Source of the DNA: a bacterium
GTDB lineage: Bacteria > UBA8248 > JACPRG01 > G963555815
Reading direction: 5' to 3'
Length of the DNA stretch: 64,000 nt
Assembly (NCBI GenBank): GCA_965261595.1
Contig: CBDHDG010000004.1
Location: forward strand, 640,001 to 704,000
Positions 1 through 10,807 of this stretch are shown here, piece after piece. The notes under the pieces are model-generated. The model searched no databases and was not told where the DNA came from. It saw nothing but the letters and a program-made list of their open reading frames with translations. Positions within the stretch are counted from its first letter, which is position 1. Every line of letters begins with the position of its first letter. The position numbers were made by a program, and so were the translations under genes.

Positions 1-77
1 TCTTCCTCGACCGAATCGTCTCTACGCTGAACCCCGGGGACTCGGGGGGAGAGAGGGGGGAGGGGGGGGGAGAAGAC

Positions 78-407
78 GTGATCCACACCCTTCACCGGAC
101 GCTGCGCGGACGTCCCGCCGACGCGCGATTGCGTCTCGCCCTGGCCGAGGCGTACCTGAGCCAGGGCCGTCCGGCGGACGCGCTGAACGCGTTGAGCGAA
201 CCGTCCGAAAATTCGGCGCCGGCCGCCAAGGTCTTACGCGCGCGGGCGAAGCTGGAAATGGAGGATGTTGCCGGGGCGCGGTCCGAGCTAACCTCCGGAC
301 CGGAATCCGGCGGCGGGTTTCTGTGCTCGGCGTGCGGTCAGCGGACAGAAGCGTGGAGCGGCCGCTGCCCTTCCTGCGGAGGATGGGACACCTTCGGCGC
401 GGCCTGA
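78..407 (+). CDS. C-terminal part of a TPR protein with a rubredoxin-like Zn/Fe ribbon (LapB/YciM-like); 5' end probably outside the window or frameshifted in a G-run
   Basis: TPR-like helices (LALAEAYLSQG...A) followed by CSACG...W...CPSCGGW at the C-terminus. Confidence 0.6.
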   Translation: MIHTLHRTLRGRPADARLRLALAEAYLSQGRPADALNALSEPSENSAPAAKVLRARAKLEMEDVAGARSELTSGPESGGGFLCSACGQRTEAWSGRCPSCGGWDTFGAA

Positions 408-507
408 GCGGGGCCGGCGCCGCCGCCGGGCCAGAGGCGGCGGAACCGTTTTCCGCGAAGCTTCGCCTTCTACAAGGATATCCGTCCCAAAGGATCCAAG
501 GGGGTTT

Positions 508-2085
508 CTACTTTTTTGAAGACAGAGCGATCTTGTCGCCGGGCATGATCAGGGCGTCTTTGGAGAGGCGGTTCCAGGACAGGAGATTCACCACCGAGAC
601 CCCGTACCGGCGAGAGATGTCCCAAATCGACTCACCCGACAGAACCACGTGGGCGCCGGCCGGGCCCGCGGCGGGGTTTTCGCTCTTCGCCCCCGCCGAG
701 AGTTTCCCGGTGCGCGCCTTCGCCGATTTCGGATTCTTCTCCGGAAGGATCAGCCGTTGTCCGATGGCCAGCCTTCCGGGATTGCTCAGACCGTTGGCCT
801 CGGCCAGGGCTTCTATCGTCGTCCCGAGATTTCGGGCGATCTCCCCCAGCGTATCCCCTTTCCGGACTTCATGGATTTTGCCGGCGTACAGGCTGGGCTT
901 CCAATCCGCGATGGCCTTGGCCACTTTTTGGGAAACCCCGGGGGGGACCTTGATCTTGTATCCGGGGTAACCGGGAGGCGTCTTCCATCGGCGCAATTCC
1001 GGGTTCAGGGACCGGATGATGTTCATCGAGACCCCCGCGGCGGAGGCAATCCACCGCAAGTCGGTGGGCTGAGTGACGGGGACCTCTTCAAAACGCAATG
1101 GAGGCTCATACTTCAGACCGGTGAACCCGTATGCCTTCGGATTCTTGGCCAGTATGCGGGCCGCGACGAACTTCGGCACAAAGCTCCGGGTTTCCCGGGC
1201 GATCAGCCGTGTCTTGGCGAGCGTCCAGAAGTCTTTTCGCTTCAACCGATTCAACCCGCGGCGAATCTTTCCCTCTCCGGCGTTGTAGCCCGCCTGGGCC
1301 AGGTGCCAGGAGCGGAACTTCTTATGCAGGTCTTTGAAATACCGCGCGGCGGCCCGGGTGGCTTTGACCGGGTCCCGGCGCTCATCAATCCACCAATTGA
1401 TCTTGAGGCCGTATCGCCGGGCGGTCGGTCTCATGAACTGCCAGATCCCGCTGGCGCCCGCCATGGAGTAGGCCCTTGAATTGAACCCGCTCTCGATCAA
1501 AGCGATATAGACCAGATCCTCCGGCACCCCTTCCTCGCGCATGATCCGGCGCATGAAATCCACATACCGGGTGGAACGCTCCAGCCATTTGGCAAAGGTG
1601 ACCCGGCTGGGTCCCGTGTAATACCGGATGAACCAACGAACCTGAGCGTTGAGAACGATGGGGATCTGCGGACCGCCGCCCTTCTTGATCCGGGTGTCCC
1701 CTTCGGACTCGATCCGGGCGTCCTCGTCTCGGGGCGCCGCCGGCGGGACGGATTTCTTCGGCGACTCGGGGGCCGGACGGGAAGGGACGATGACCGAATC
1801 AGGGGGCGTGTAGAGGCGCCCGATAATGGCCCGCTGGCCGGGTTCCGCGCGTCCACCCGGGGAATCAAGCCCGGCAGCCGGTGAAGAGGATTTTCCGGAG
1901 GGTTTCGCAACCCGCGCGGGAGGAAGCGGCTTGCCGCGTGGCGCGTCCCACGTCTTGGGGATCAGCAGCGGCCCTGCGCTCTCCGGCACGGGGAGCGGCC
2001 CGACCACACGGTCCGGCTGCACCGGGGTCGCGGTGCAAGCGGCCAATGAGAGCAGGAACAAAACGGGAAAAACAAAGCGCGGCAT
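508..2085 (-). CDS. mltD: Membrane-bound lytic murein transglycosylase D-like lipoprotein (SLT domain plus 2 LysM domains)
   Basis: Lipobox LAAC after ATG 2085; SLT motifs IESGF, GIWQFM, AGYNAGEG; LysM repeats HEVRKGDTL and HVVLSGESIW. Confidence 0.85.
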   Translation of the reverse strand: MPRFVFPVLFLLSLAACTATPVQPDRVVGPLPVPESAGPLLIPKTWDAPRGKPLPPARVAKPSGKSSSPAAGLDSPGGRAEPGQRAIIGRLYTPPDSVIVPSRPAPESPKKSVPPAAPRDEDARIESEGDTRIKKGGGPQIPIVLNAQVRWFIRYYTGPSRVTFAKWLERSTRYVDFMRRIMREEGVPEDLVYIALIESGFNSRAYSMAGASGIWQFMRPTARRYGLKINWWIDERRDPVKATRAAARYFKDLHKKFRSWHLAQAGYNAGEGKIRRGLNRLKRKDFWTLAKTRLIARETRSFVPKFVAARILAKNPKAYGFTGLKYEPPLRFEEVPVTQPTDLRWIASAAGVSMNIIRSLNPELRRWKTPPGYPGYKIKVPPGVSQKVAKAIADWKPSLYAGKIHEVRKGDTLGEIARNLGTTIEALAEANGLSNPGRLAIGQRLILPEKNPKSAKARTGKLSAGAKSENPAAGPAGAHVVLSGESIWDISRRYGVSVVNLLSWNRLSKDALIMPGDKIALSSKK

Positions 2086-2407
2086 GGAAACCCGCCCCGG
2101 AGTCAACATTCTAAATCCATTGAAGAAGGCCGCGCCCACCGGCTCTACGAAGATTCTGATCACCTCACCTCCCCGAGTGCGAACATTGAGATCGTATTTC
2201 CCCTTCGTCCCGAAGTCAATCAAAATTTCAACGTCCCTGCGCGAAAACAAGGCGCGCGGACCGGCATTTCGCCCCCACAGCGGTTCTTCTTTTTTTCCGG
2301 CGGCTCAACCCCCGCCCCAATAAGCCCCCTCCCCGGGGTTAAGGAAATCTCCATTCTTTCCGATGATTCAAAATATGAGCCACTTTCATGGCCAGGAGGA
2401 AGAAACC

Positions 2408-2593
2408 ATGAGGCCCGCAACGCAAGTCATTGAAAAAGAAGAGGGTCATCCGGAATGCCATCCGGAAGGCCACCCCCCGCCCGAGCGGTGGTTCTGCACC
2501 CGATGCCGTCGGGAAATCGACGGTGAGTCAACGGTCTGTACGGTCCATGAGAGTTTATACATCTTTTACCACGCCGAATGCCTGGATGGATGA
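2408..2593 (+). CDS. Small Cys/His-rich putative zinc-binding protein (61 aa)
   Basis: AGGAGG RBS upstream of ATG 2408; CTRC...CTVH...HAEC pattern. Confidence 0.55.
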   Translation: MRPATQVIEKEEGHPECHPEGHPPPERWFCTRCRREIDGESTVCTVHESLYIFYHAECLDG

Positions 2594-2861
2594 CGGAACC
2601 AGCCGTTGAAGGGCCCGGGAAGTCCGGATGGAATTCGTTCCGCGCCCCTCTTCTCCCCCCTCTGCCCTCTCGCCCGCTCCTCTTCTGCTGAATATCGCGA
2701 GATCGTTCGCCCCGGCTTCCTCCGGAAAGACCCGCTTGACCGCCGCTGTCAGCCCCCCGTCCTTTCATTTTCCCGCTAGACCGTTTAAAAGATCCGCGGA
2801 GATCGCCTTTCCCTGAAAGTCCCGGTCCGCCCGGTCTCAAAATCGTCCCGGTCAAGCGTCT

Positions 2862-2907
2862 CACGCCGGGCGGTGGTCGCACCGGGCGGTGGTCACACCG
2901 GGCGGCG
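2862..2907. repeat. Short tandem repeat, about 3 x 16 bp (CACCGGGCGGTGGTCR)
   Basis: Directly visible in the intergenic sequence. Confidence 0.7.
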
Positions 2908-2970
2908 GGATTCCACCCAGTGGATGACCCGGATCAACCGGGAGAAATCCAACCCTCACGGAGATCAACG

Positions 2971-3549
2971 ATGCGGATGAAAGCGCGGAAAATCGTCACG
3001 ATGGTGGAAGAGATCAGGCGGGAAATCGGGCGGGAAGTCGCGCCCCCCATCCGGAAAGCGGCCGCAATCGCCGTCTTCGAGAACCCCTTTGCCGGCCAGT
3101 ATCAGGAAGACCTGGACGACCTCATCGGTATCGGTGAAGAGGCGGGCGAACTCCTGGGGCGCTTGGCCGTTGAGGCCCTGGGCGGAGACGCCTTTCACGG
3201 TTACGGCAAGGGGGCCGTCGTCGGGACCGCCGGCGAGCTCGAGCACGCCGCGGCCATTCTTCACCCCAAGCTGGGAAAACCCCTTCGCGAGGTTGTGGGC
3301 GGGGGGAAGGCCGTCATCCCCTCCTCGAAAAAGCGCGGCGCGGCGGGCGCGGCCATCGACGTCCCCCTGCACTACAAAGACGCCCTCTACGTCCGATCCC
3401 ACTATGACGCCATGACCGTCTGTGTCCCCGACGCGCCCTTCCCCGACGAGATCCTCTGCGCGATCGTCGTCACCAACGGCGGCCGCCCCTTCCCAAGAGT
3501 CGGCGGACTGAAGCTGGAAGAGATGACAGGGGAGGACGGGCTTCGCTGA
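2971..3549 (+). CDS. Amino acid synthesis family protein (DUF1185-like)
   Basis: NPFAG, YGKGAVVGTAGELEH, IDVPLHYKDALYVRSHYD, DAPFPDEI motifs. Confidence 0.8.
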   Translation: MRMKARKIVTMVEEIRREIGREVAPPIRKAAAIAVFENPFAGQYQEDLDDLIGIGEEAGELLGRLAVEALGGDAFHGYGKGAVVGTAGELEHAAAILHPKLGKPLREVVGGGKAVIPSSKKRGAAGAAIDVPLHYKDALYVRSHYDAMTVCVPDAPFPDEILCAIVVTNGGRPFPRVGGLKLEEMTGEDGLR

Positions 3550-3671
3550 TGGCGACTGAACCGCGAAGTTATCAGATCGGGAAAAGTCTAAATTTAGAGT
3601 CCTGACCCCTCCGGGCCAAAAGTGGGTGAGAAATCCAGGCTATTCCTCTCCCCCCTCCCCCCCTCTCCCCA

Positions 3672-4913
3672 TTAAGCGGGGCGTCTTATCCTTCGATAGG
3701 CGTCCCCGATGGGGTCCTCGATGAGGGCGGTGCATACGGCCGCCGCCGAGAGGATGACGGCCGTCGCCAGAAACGCCGCCGTGTACGTCCCCAAGGCGTC
3801 GAACAGCACGCCGGCCACAAGAGGTCCGCAGAGAGCCCCCAAGCCGTGGGCGGCGACGATGTATCCGAACACCTTCCCCAAACGCTCGGGGCCGAAGATG
3901 TCGGCCGTAGCCGTCGACGTCATCGGCGTGGTGGCGAAATAGAAGAAACCGTACACCCCGATGATGGCCCAAAGCCCCGCCGCGCCCCGCATCCACGGGA
4001 GAAAAACGAAACAAACCGCCCGGACAAGATAGATGAACGTCAGCGGACGGCGGCGCCCGATCCGGTCGGAGAGCGCCCCCAGGAGAATCACGCCGACAAT
4101 GCTGATCCCACCCATAAACCCGTTGGCCGAACCGCTCAGCCACGGGGCGATTCCAGCGTCCACGGCAAAGGGCGGCAGGTGCGCGGCGAGAACGAAATCG
4201 CTGAACCCGCAGGCGAAAAAGCTGATCGCCAAACACCAGAAGGACCGGCTGTTCAGGATCCCCGCCGCCGCGTTTCGACTTCCCTCCGGGGGTTTCGGGG
4301 CCTCCTCTCTCGATGACCGGTAGGGGCCGTTTCGCAGAAAAACGAACGCCAGGGGCAGCGGCAGAAGCAGGGTGAGCAGCCCGAGGCCCGCAAACGCGTT
4401 CCGCCAGCCGTGAAGAAGGACCCAGTACTGCGTCAAGGGGAGGAGGACCAGCTGCCCCGCGTTGAATCCAGCCAGGGCCACACCAACGGCTAGCCCCCGG
4501 CGCCGGGCGAACCACTGGGTGACGGCGACACTCGAAACATTGATCGTGGACATGGAATAGCCGAGGGCGAGGACGACCCCGTAAGTCAGGTCCATTTGCC
4601 AAATGGACTGCACAATAGAACAAAGAAGCGCCCCGACGCCCAACACGGCCGTCCCGGTCACGATCACCCCCCGCGGGCCAAACCGGTCGAGAATCCTCCC
4701 CATAACCATCATCATGAGGAAGTAGACGAATTGGGAGCTCGAAACGACCAGGGAAACGGACGTGCGCGTGGCCTGAAATTCGGCCTCGATGGGTTTGACG
4801 AAGATGCCGAACATGTGCCAGATCCCGCCGGCAAAGCCGACGGTGACAAAAATGACCGCCACCGCGGTCCATGCCCGGCGGCCGGATGCGGCATCTCCGG
4901 TTTCAAGCGTCAA
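3672..4913 (-). CDS. MFS transporter (OFA/MCT-like)
   Basis: About 12 hydrophobic segments; MFS motif A GRILDRFGPR and GALSDRIGRR; WFARRRGLA. Confidence 0.9.
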   Translation of the reverse strand: MTLETGDAASGRRAWTAVAVIFVTVGFAGGIWHMFGIFVKPIEAEFQATRTSVSLVVSSSQFVYFLMMMVMGRILDRFGPRGVIVTGTAVLGVGALLCSIVQSIWQMDLTYGVVLALGYSMSTINVSSVAVTQWFARRRGLAVGVALAGFNAGQLVLLPLTQYWVLLHGWRNAFAGLGLLTLLLPLPLAFVFLRNGPYRSSREEAPKPPEGSRNAAAGILNSRSFWCLAISFFACGFSDFVLAAHLPPFAVDAGIAPWLSGSANGFMGGISIVGVILLGALSDRIGRRRPLTFIYLVRAVCFVFLPWMRGAAGLWAIIGVYGFFYFATTPMTSTATADIFGPERLGKVFGYIVAAHGLGALCGPLVAGVLFDALGTYTAAFLATAVILSAAAVCTALIEDPIGDAYRRIRRPA

Positions 4914-5243
4914 ATCGAATCACTCCCTCGGTCGCACGGCAAACCAGCCTTGCATCGTGCGGGCGCACCTCCTCCACGTCAACCGGAATTTCCGAAATTC
5001 TCCGGCCGGAAACCGGGCCAATGCACTCCGCATACAACCCGTTGACCGGCATGCGGATTGCGACATACCCGTTACAGCGACTATCCCCCGGACGGTCCAT
5101 ACCGTTCGGGCGACGAAGGTCGATCGCGGCCGGCGCTTTGAAATCGAACCCGCGTTCAGACCCCCCCTTCGGCGGGATGGCCCGAGGCGCTCTTCCACCC
5201 ATTGGAACCGGTCCCGGAGGGACCGATGAGGAGAAAGACGGTC

Positions 5244-5690
5244 ATGGCCCTGAATGTTCAACTGCTTCGCGACACCTTCTCGGCAATCACGCCCAAGGGC
5301 GACGACCTGGCCAAGACGTTTTACGACACGCTCTTCGAGCGATATCCCGGCGTCCGGCCGCTGTTTGAGAACGTCCGCTTCGATGAGCAGCGGAAAAAAC
5401 TCATCCGCGCCCTCGCGCTCGTCGTCCGCAACCTGGAAAAGCCCGATTACCTGAAGGCCTACCTGGGCGGACTGGGGCAGATGCACGTGGCCTACGGCGC
5501 CGAGGAGGCCCATTACGCGGCCGTGGGCGAGTGCCTGCTGGCCGCGCTGGAATCCATCGCCGGGAGCGCCTGGAACGATGAAGTCCGGCAAGCCTGGTCC
5601 GACGCCTACGGCGTCGTCGCCCAGTTGATGATCGACGGCGCCCGCAAGATGGAGATCGAGGCCCCCGTGGAAGCGCAGGCTATGAGCTGA
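5244..5690 (+). CDS. Single-domain globin (flavohemoglobin-like globin domain)
   Basis: FYDTLFERYP, LGQMHVAYG (proximal His), HYAAVGECLL, AWSDAY; AGGAG RBS. Confidence 0.9.
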   Translation: MALNVQLLRDTFSAITPKGDDLAKTFYDTLFERYPGVRPLFENVRFDEQRKKLIRALALVVRNLEKPDYLKAYLGGLGQMHVAYGAEEAHYAAVGECLLAALESIAGSAWNDEVRQAWSDAYGVVAQLMIDGARKMEIEAPVEAQAMS

Positions 5691-5857
5691 CCGCTCATCG
5701 GGCAAGGCCCGAGATTCTCCGCGATTGAATCCGGGCACGGACACGCCCGGGGGAGGGAGGAGGAGAATTCTTCCCTCTCTTGACGGGCGCCATCCCAGCC
5801 GTCTCGTAAACATCCGTCGCACACCGCTTCACCGGACCGGCCGGAGCGCCGGTCTCG

Positions 5858-5886
5858 ATTCGCCCGGATTCGCCCGGATTCGCCCG
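5858..5886. repeat. Tandem repeat, about 3 x 10 bp (ATTCGCCCGG)
   Basis: Directly visible. Confidence 0.7.
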
Positions 5887-6133
5887 CCCCCCCCCGGAAG
5901 GCATGAATCAATATCGGCAAGTCCGCCGTCTTCCGATTGAATTCCGCCACGCCGCTGTGTCAAAATACCGGGCTGAATTTGGAGGGAGACGCGCCGAAGT
6001 CCGGTAACAGCGCTCCGGCCGGCCCCCTCGAACACCGGCTGGAGCCCACGCTCGGGTATTGATTTCCCCGTTCCGAGAAATAGAGGATCCGCCCGGATAA
6101 AAGCCCACCTCAGACACGGAAAGCGCAACCGGC

Positions 6134-6866
6134 GTGATCCCGCCTGAATTCTCCATCGTCATTCCCGCCTTCAACGAAGAGCGCGTGCTCGGCAAATGCC
6201 TGGAGGCGGTGGAGGGCTATGTCCGGGCGAAGCAAATCACGTACGAAATCCTCGTCGTGGATGACGGGAGCACGGACCGGACCCGCGAGATCGCCCGGGG
6301 GCGCTCCGACCAAAACGGCCGCGTCCGCCTGCTGACCAACGATCAGAACCGCGGAAAGGGGTTCGCCGTCCGGCAAGGAATGCTCGCCGCCGAGGGAAAG
6401 CGGATTCTGTTTATGGACGCCGACCTTTCCACGGCGCCGGAAGAGTTCGATCGCATGGAGGACTGGTTCGACCGGGGTTACTCGATTGTGATCGGCACCC
6501 GCAGGTCCAAGGGCGCAATCATCGAGCGGCATCAATCCTGGGTTCGGGAATCCATGGGAAAAGTCTTCACCGCGCTCTCGCGGGGCGTTCTAAGGGCTTC
6601 GATAAGCGATTTCACCTGCGGTTTCAAAGGCTTCAGCCGGGAGGTCCGCCCGGACGGTGTTTTCCCGCCAGAGACTGAACGATTGGAGCTTCGACGCGGA
6701 GATCCTGCAGATCGCACAGCGCCGCGGCATTCCCATCAAGGAAGTCCCAGTCCACTGGGCCAACGCGGGGGACTCGAAAGTCCACATCGTCAAGGACACA
6801 TTTCAATCCTTTCTCGGCCTGTTGCGGATTGTTATTCACTCACGTTCCGGCAAATACGACGGCTGA
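6134..6866 (+). CDS. GT2 polyprenol-phosphate glycosyltransferase (dolichyl-phosphate glucosyltransferase-like), with a +1 frameshift near 6648
   Basis: SIVIPAFNEE, VVDDGSTD, NRGKGFAVRQG, FMDAD, DFTCGFKGF; continues in another frame as FDAEIL...IKEVPVHW to the stop at 6866. Confidence 0.85.
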
Positions 6867-6993
6867 CCCCCTGACGCACGCCTTCGGGCGCCCTCACGGT
6901 CATTCCCGAAAGGTTTGCGCCGGGACGCCGCTCGGATCTAATATTTTCATCGTGTACGAAACGGATTGAATTTCTTGGGAGCGTCCGAAACCA

Positions 6994-8412
6994 ATGCGAA
7001 TTCTGGCTGCCCTGTGCCTCCTGGTCGCCTTTTTGGGGGCGTCCCTTCCGGCCGCGCCCTCCGCCGAGGAGGCCCCGGATTGCCGATCCGCTTCGAGATG
7101 GGAGGCCGCGGCGCGCCGGCTCAAGTCTGACGCGAAGCTCGTCTCCCTTTTCGGAAAGGCGGCCGTCGAGTGCCCCGGAAATCTTCCGATCGCGAGTGTT
7201 CTCGGCAAACTCCTCCTCGAACGAAACCACCCCGAAGCGGCCGGCGGCGCGCTCCGTGCGGGACTTGCCCGCACACCGGGTCTCATCGAAACCCTTCTCC
7301 GCGCGGCGGAAGCGGAAGCGGTCCTCAAAAACCACCGGCAGGCCTTCCTCCTCCTCTCGGTCGCGCGCGCCATCGGCCCGAATCACCCGCACGTCCGCGC
7401 GTTTTTTGAAGACCTGCGCAACTTTCTGCCGCTCTCGGTCCGAAGAGAGGAAAGCGACGATCCAATGCTGAGGGTGTTCTTCGAGGGCCGTCGCGCAAGG
7501 GAGCGCCTGCGCAAGAACCCCCGGGACCAGGAGGCTCAGAGGAGGCTCGCCGGATACCTGCTGGCCCAGGCGCGCGCCCTGGTCGAAACGGGAAAAACCG
7601 AACGGGCCGAAGCATTGATCGGCCGGGTGCTCCGCAGGACCCCCCGCTATCGCCCCGCGCGGGAAGCCATGGTCGAGCGGATCATCGAGGGGGGGAACTA
7701 CCATTTCCGTGGAGAGAATTACGTGGAAGCGCTCAAGCGGTACCGGGAAGCGGCCCGCACCCTCCCCGACAGCGTGGCCGCCCAAATCCGAATCGCCGAG
7801 GCGCTCCAGCAGATCCCCGGCAAGCGGGAGAAATCGCGACAAGTCTATCTGAAAGCGCGCGCGCTGATGCGGTCGTCCGCGCATCGGGCCTCGGAAGAGG
7901 ATAGAGCCGAATTCACCCTCGCCATCGCAGAAGGCCTGACGCACGTCGATCCCAATCATCCCATCTACCGCAAGCGCTCCGCCCTGCGCGAAGTGGCCCG
8001 GGCCGATCGGGTCACCAAACAAGGCCGTCTGAAGGAGGCCGTGCAAGCCTATCTGAAGGCGCTGGAATGGACACCCGAAGACGGGGGCATCCATTCCTCC
8101 CTGGCCGATACGCTCAGGTACGTCGAGGACGGATGGCAGTCGGCCATCCGCCACTACGGCCTGGCCGCTTACCTCCTCAAGTCGAAACCCCCGGACGGGA
8201 TGGACGCCGAAAAGCTCAAGGCGCTCATCCGCCACGCCGAGCAAGAGGGGGCCCGACTGGAGAAAAGCCATACGGGGACACTCGCCTATATTCGCGCCAA
8301 GTTCTTTCTGACCCTTCAGGAGCGCCGCCTGGAGGCCATCTTCTTCCTCATCGTGTTCGGCTCCGTCCTGGTCTTTCTGTGGCGCTCGAAGACCGATGAA
8401 GCGGAGGACTGA
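6994..8412 (+). CDS. Exported TPR-repeat protein with a C-terminal membrane anchor
   Basis: N-terminal signal peptide, several TPR-like helices, C-terminal hydrophobic segment IFFLIVFGSVLVFLW. Confidence 0.7.
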   Translation: MRILAALCLLVAFLGASLPAAPSAEEAPDCRSASRWEAAARRLKSDAKLVSLFGKAAVECPGNLPIASVLGKLLLERNHPEAAGGALRAGLARTPGLIETLLRAAEAEAVLKNHRQAFLLLSVARAIGPNHPHVRAFFEDLRNFLPLSVRREESDDPMLRVFFEGRRARERLRKNPRDQEAQRRLAGYLLAQARALVETGKTERAEALIGRVLRRTPRYRPAREAMVERIIEGGNYHFRGENYVEALKRYREAARTLPDSVAAQIRIAEALQQIPGKREKSRQVYLKARALMRSSAHRASEEDRAEFTLAIAEGLTHVDPNHPIYRKRSALREVARADRVTKQGRLKEAVQAYLKALEWTPEDGGIHSSLADTLRYVEDGWQSAIRHYGLAAYLLKSKPPDGMDAEKLKALIRHAEQEGARLEKSHTGTLAYIRAKFFLTLQERRLEAIFFLIVFGSVLVFLWRSKTDEAED

Positions 8413-8516
8413 TTCCCACGGCGAAGCCGCCCCGGCGGCGGACACGGCCGGCCTTCTCCCCATGATATAATCGGTCCCGGTTATCTTCTTTCCGGCGATG
8501 CCCGGAGGCAGGAGCG

Positions 8517-9521
8517 GTGCAGGGAATGAAAACCCGAACTCATCTCCCCCGCTTGAGCGCCCAGAAACTGTTCAAAGGGAAGCTGTCCCAGGACGATCCC
8601 CGCTCGGGCAGATATTTCTGCATGTACTCCAGCGTCTTGGGCGGAATCGTGACGGACCCGAGACTCATGACCATTCCTCTCGAGGACCACATGGTCCACC
8701 GGGGGGACGGGGTCTTCGAGGCCATGGAGATCCATCGGGGAAAGGTCTACCAGTTGGCCGCCCACATGGACCGCCTGGGCCGGTCCGCCGAAATGGCGGC
8801 GATTGAGTTTCCCATGCCGAAAAGCGAAATCCGGGACATCCTCCTCGAAACCGCCGCGGTGGGACAAGCGAGAGAGGCGATTTGCCGGGTGTTCATCTCC
8901 CGTGGAACGGGCGGTTTCTCCGTGGACCCGCGCCAATGCGACCAGAGTCACCTCTATTTGATGATCACCGCCCCGGAAGGCTCGGCGCCTTCGCACCAAC
9001 TGCGCGGCATGAGGGTCATCACCACCGAAATCCCCGCCCGCGCGGAAGGCATGGCCCAGTTGAAATGCTGCAACTACATGCCCAACGCCCTCATGGAGCG
9101 GGAGGCCCATCTGGCCGGGGTGGACAGCGCCATCGCCCTGGACGCGAACGGTTTCCTGGCCGAAGGGTCCAACAAGAACGTCGCCATCGTCACCCCGGCC
9201 GGGGAGCTCAAAACGCCCACCTTCCGACACGCCCTTCAAGGAACCACGCTCCGGCGCGTGATGCAGCTCGCCGAGGGTTTGGTCGAGGAAGGGTTGTTGA
9301 GCGGGGTGAAGCAAACCGACATCCCCCGGGCGGAAGCCTACGGGGCGTCGGAAATCATGTTTGTGGCAACCACCCTCAAGGCGCTGCCGATCATAGAATT
9401 CGACGGACATCCAATCGGCGGGGGGGCGCCCGGACCCGTCGTCCCTCGCTTGCGGGAAATACTGGAACAGGACATGCGAGAAAACGAATCCCTCCTCACG
9501 CCGATTCCTTACCAAGACTGA
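8517..9521 (+). CDS. Class IV PLP aminotransferase (D-amino acid aminotransferase / ADC lyase-like)
   Basis: DHMVHRGDGVFE, HMDRL, LKCCNY (PLP Lys), EGSNKN, LQGTT motifs. Confidence 0.9.
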   Translation: MQGMKTRTHLPRLSAQKLFKGKLSQDDPRSGRYFCMYSSVLGGIVTDPRLMTIPLEDHMVHRGDGVFEAMEIHRGKVYQLAAHMDRLGRSAEMAAIEFPMPKSEIRDILLETAAVGQAREAICRVFISRGTGGFSVDPRQCDQSHLYLMITAPEGSAPSHQLRGMRVITTEIPARAEGMAQLKCCNYMPNALMEREAHLAGVDSAIALDANGFLAEGSNKNVAIVTPAGELKTPTFRHALQGTTLRRVMQLAEGLVEEGLLSGVKQTDIPRAEAYGASEIMFVATTLKALPIIEFDGHPIGGGAPGPVVPRLREILEQDMRENESLLTPIPYQD

Positions 9522-9525
9522 GCCA

Positions 9526-10749
9526 TTGAATCCCATTCGATACGCGGTCCCCACATGGATTGAAAGGTCCCGGACCCCCTCCAAAACCGGACGTCGAATA
9601 AAGCGGTGGGGGATCGCCGCCGGCGTCCTGCTCGTGCCGCTGGCCGCCGCCTTTCCCGCGTATTTGCTCGTAACGGGAGGGGGAACCCTGAAGCGGGCCT
9701 ACCAGCATGTGACCTATGAAGTCCTGGCGCACAGGGCGTCCCCCGGCCGGGCGTCCGAGGTGAAAGTCGTGTCGGACCTGATGACCTTCCTCCACTGGCG
9801 GATGAACGTAACGGCCGACACCCCTTCGCGAGATCGGCCCTTCCTGGACGTGGCCGTGGATGGGACGGCGTACTGCAATCAGATCGCCGTCGGCCTGGCC
9901 CACCTCCTCGCGAAAAAGGGGATTCAAGGCCGTCTGGCGATGCTTCGGAACAAACAGGGCGTCTCCCCCCATTCCGTGACCGAAGTCTTTCTGGACGGCC
10001 GCTGGGTCCTGGTCGATCCCCTCAATGGCATTTTTCCCGGGGCCGACCGGGGCGGCGTCACCCTCCGCGAGCTCGGCGCGGACTTCTCACCCATCGAGAA
10101 TTTACCCGTTGTGGGGGGGAAACACCGGCTCTCCGCGGTGGCAAGCGACGGCAGCCGCCGGGACGATTTCGTGGAGTGGTATCGGTCGTTCATCGTCAGT
10201 CCGATCGGGCCCGACCGACCGGGCATCAGCTTCGTCCGGGGTCAGCGGCCGAAGCAACGCCGGGTGATTCGGCTGACAGCGTTGTATTATCAGGTGTTCG
10301 GCAGGGCCTTCTCGTCCTATGTGCAGGACTTCTACTTCGTCCGGAACCGCTCCTGGTTTCCCGAGAGAAACCTCCCCCGAAAAAACCTGGCGGCCGCCCG
10401 GCAATACGCGCTTCACGCCCGCTGGCACAAGGCGCTTCCCCTCTATCGCGAGGTCCTCGCCTCGGCTGCGGGCCCGGCCCGCGAGGACGCCCTGTTCTTC
10501 TCGGGCATGGCCCTGCTGGAAGCGGAAAGGCCCCGGCCGGCGCTGAAGGCACTCAACACCCTGGCGGGCGAGTTCCCCGGGGGGGGGGGACGCTGGAAGG
10601 GAATCGTTCACTTCTATCGCGGAGAGGCCCTCCGGGCGCTGGGCCTTCTCGGAAAAGCCGAGGAGGCTTACCGCATGGCGCCCAGGAACCTTCTGACGCC
10701 CGCCCGGCGCCGCTTGACTTCCCTCAGCGTCGCCGCGAAACCCCGCTGA
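9526..10749 (+). CDS. Membrane-anchored transglutaminase-like protein with C-terminal TPRs
   Basis: N-terminal TM helix; Cys-His-Asp triad pattern YCNQIA...PHSVTEVFLDGRWVLVDP; TPR-like C-terminus. Confidence 0.7.
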   Translation: MNPIRYAVPTWIERSRTPSKTGRRIKRWGIAAGVLLVPLAAAFPAYLLVTGGGTLKRAYQHVTYEVLAHRASPGRASEVKVVSDLMTFLHWRMNVTADTPSRDRPFLDVAVDGTAYCNQIAVGLAHLLAKKGIQGRLAMLRNKQGVSPHSVTEVFLDGRWVLVDPLNGIFPGADRGGVTLRELGADFSPIENLPVVGGKHRLSAVASDGSRRDDFVEWYRSFIVSPIGPDRPGISFVRGQRPKQRRVIRLTALYYQVFGRAFSSYVQDFYFVRNRSWFPERNLPRKNLAAARQYALHARWHKALPLYREVLASAAGPAREDALFFSGMALLEAERPRPALKALNTLAGEFPGGGGRWKGIVHFYRGEALRALGLLGKAEEAYRMAPRNLLTPARRRLTSLSVAAKPR

Positions 10750-10807
10750 CGGGGGGGGGACGCTCCTCCCCTTCGCCCAAACCCGCTGAGCTGAAAGGAA
10801 ATTTTCG

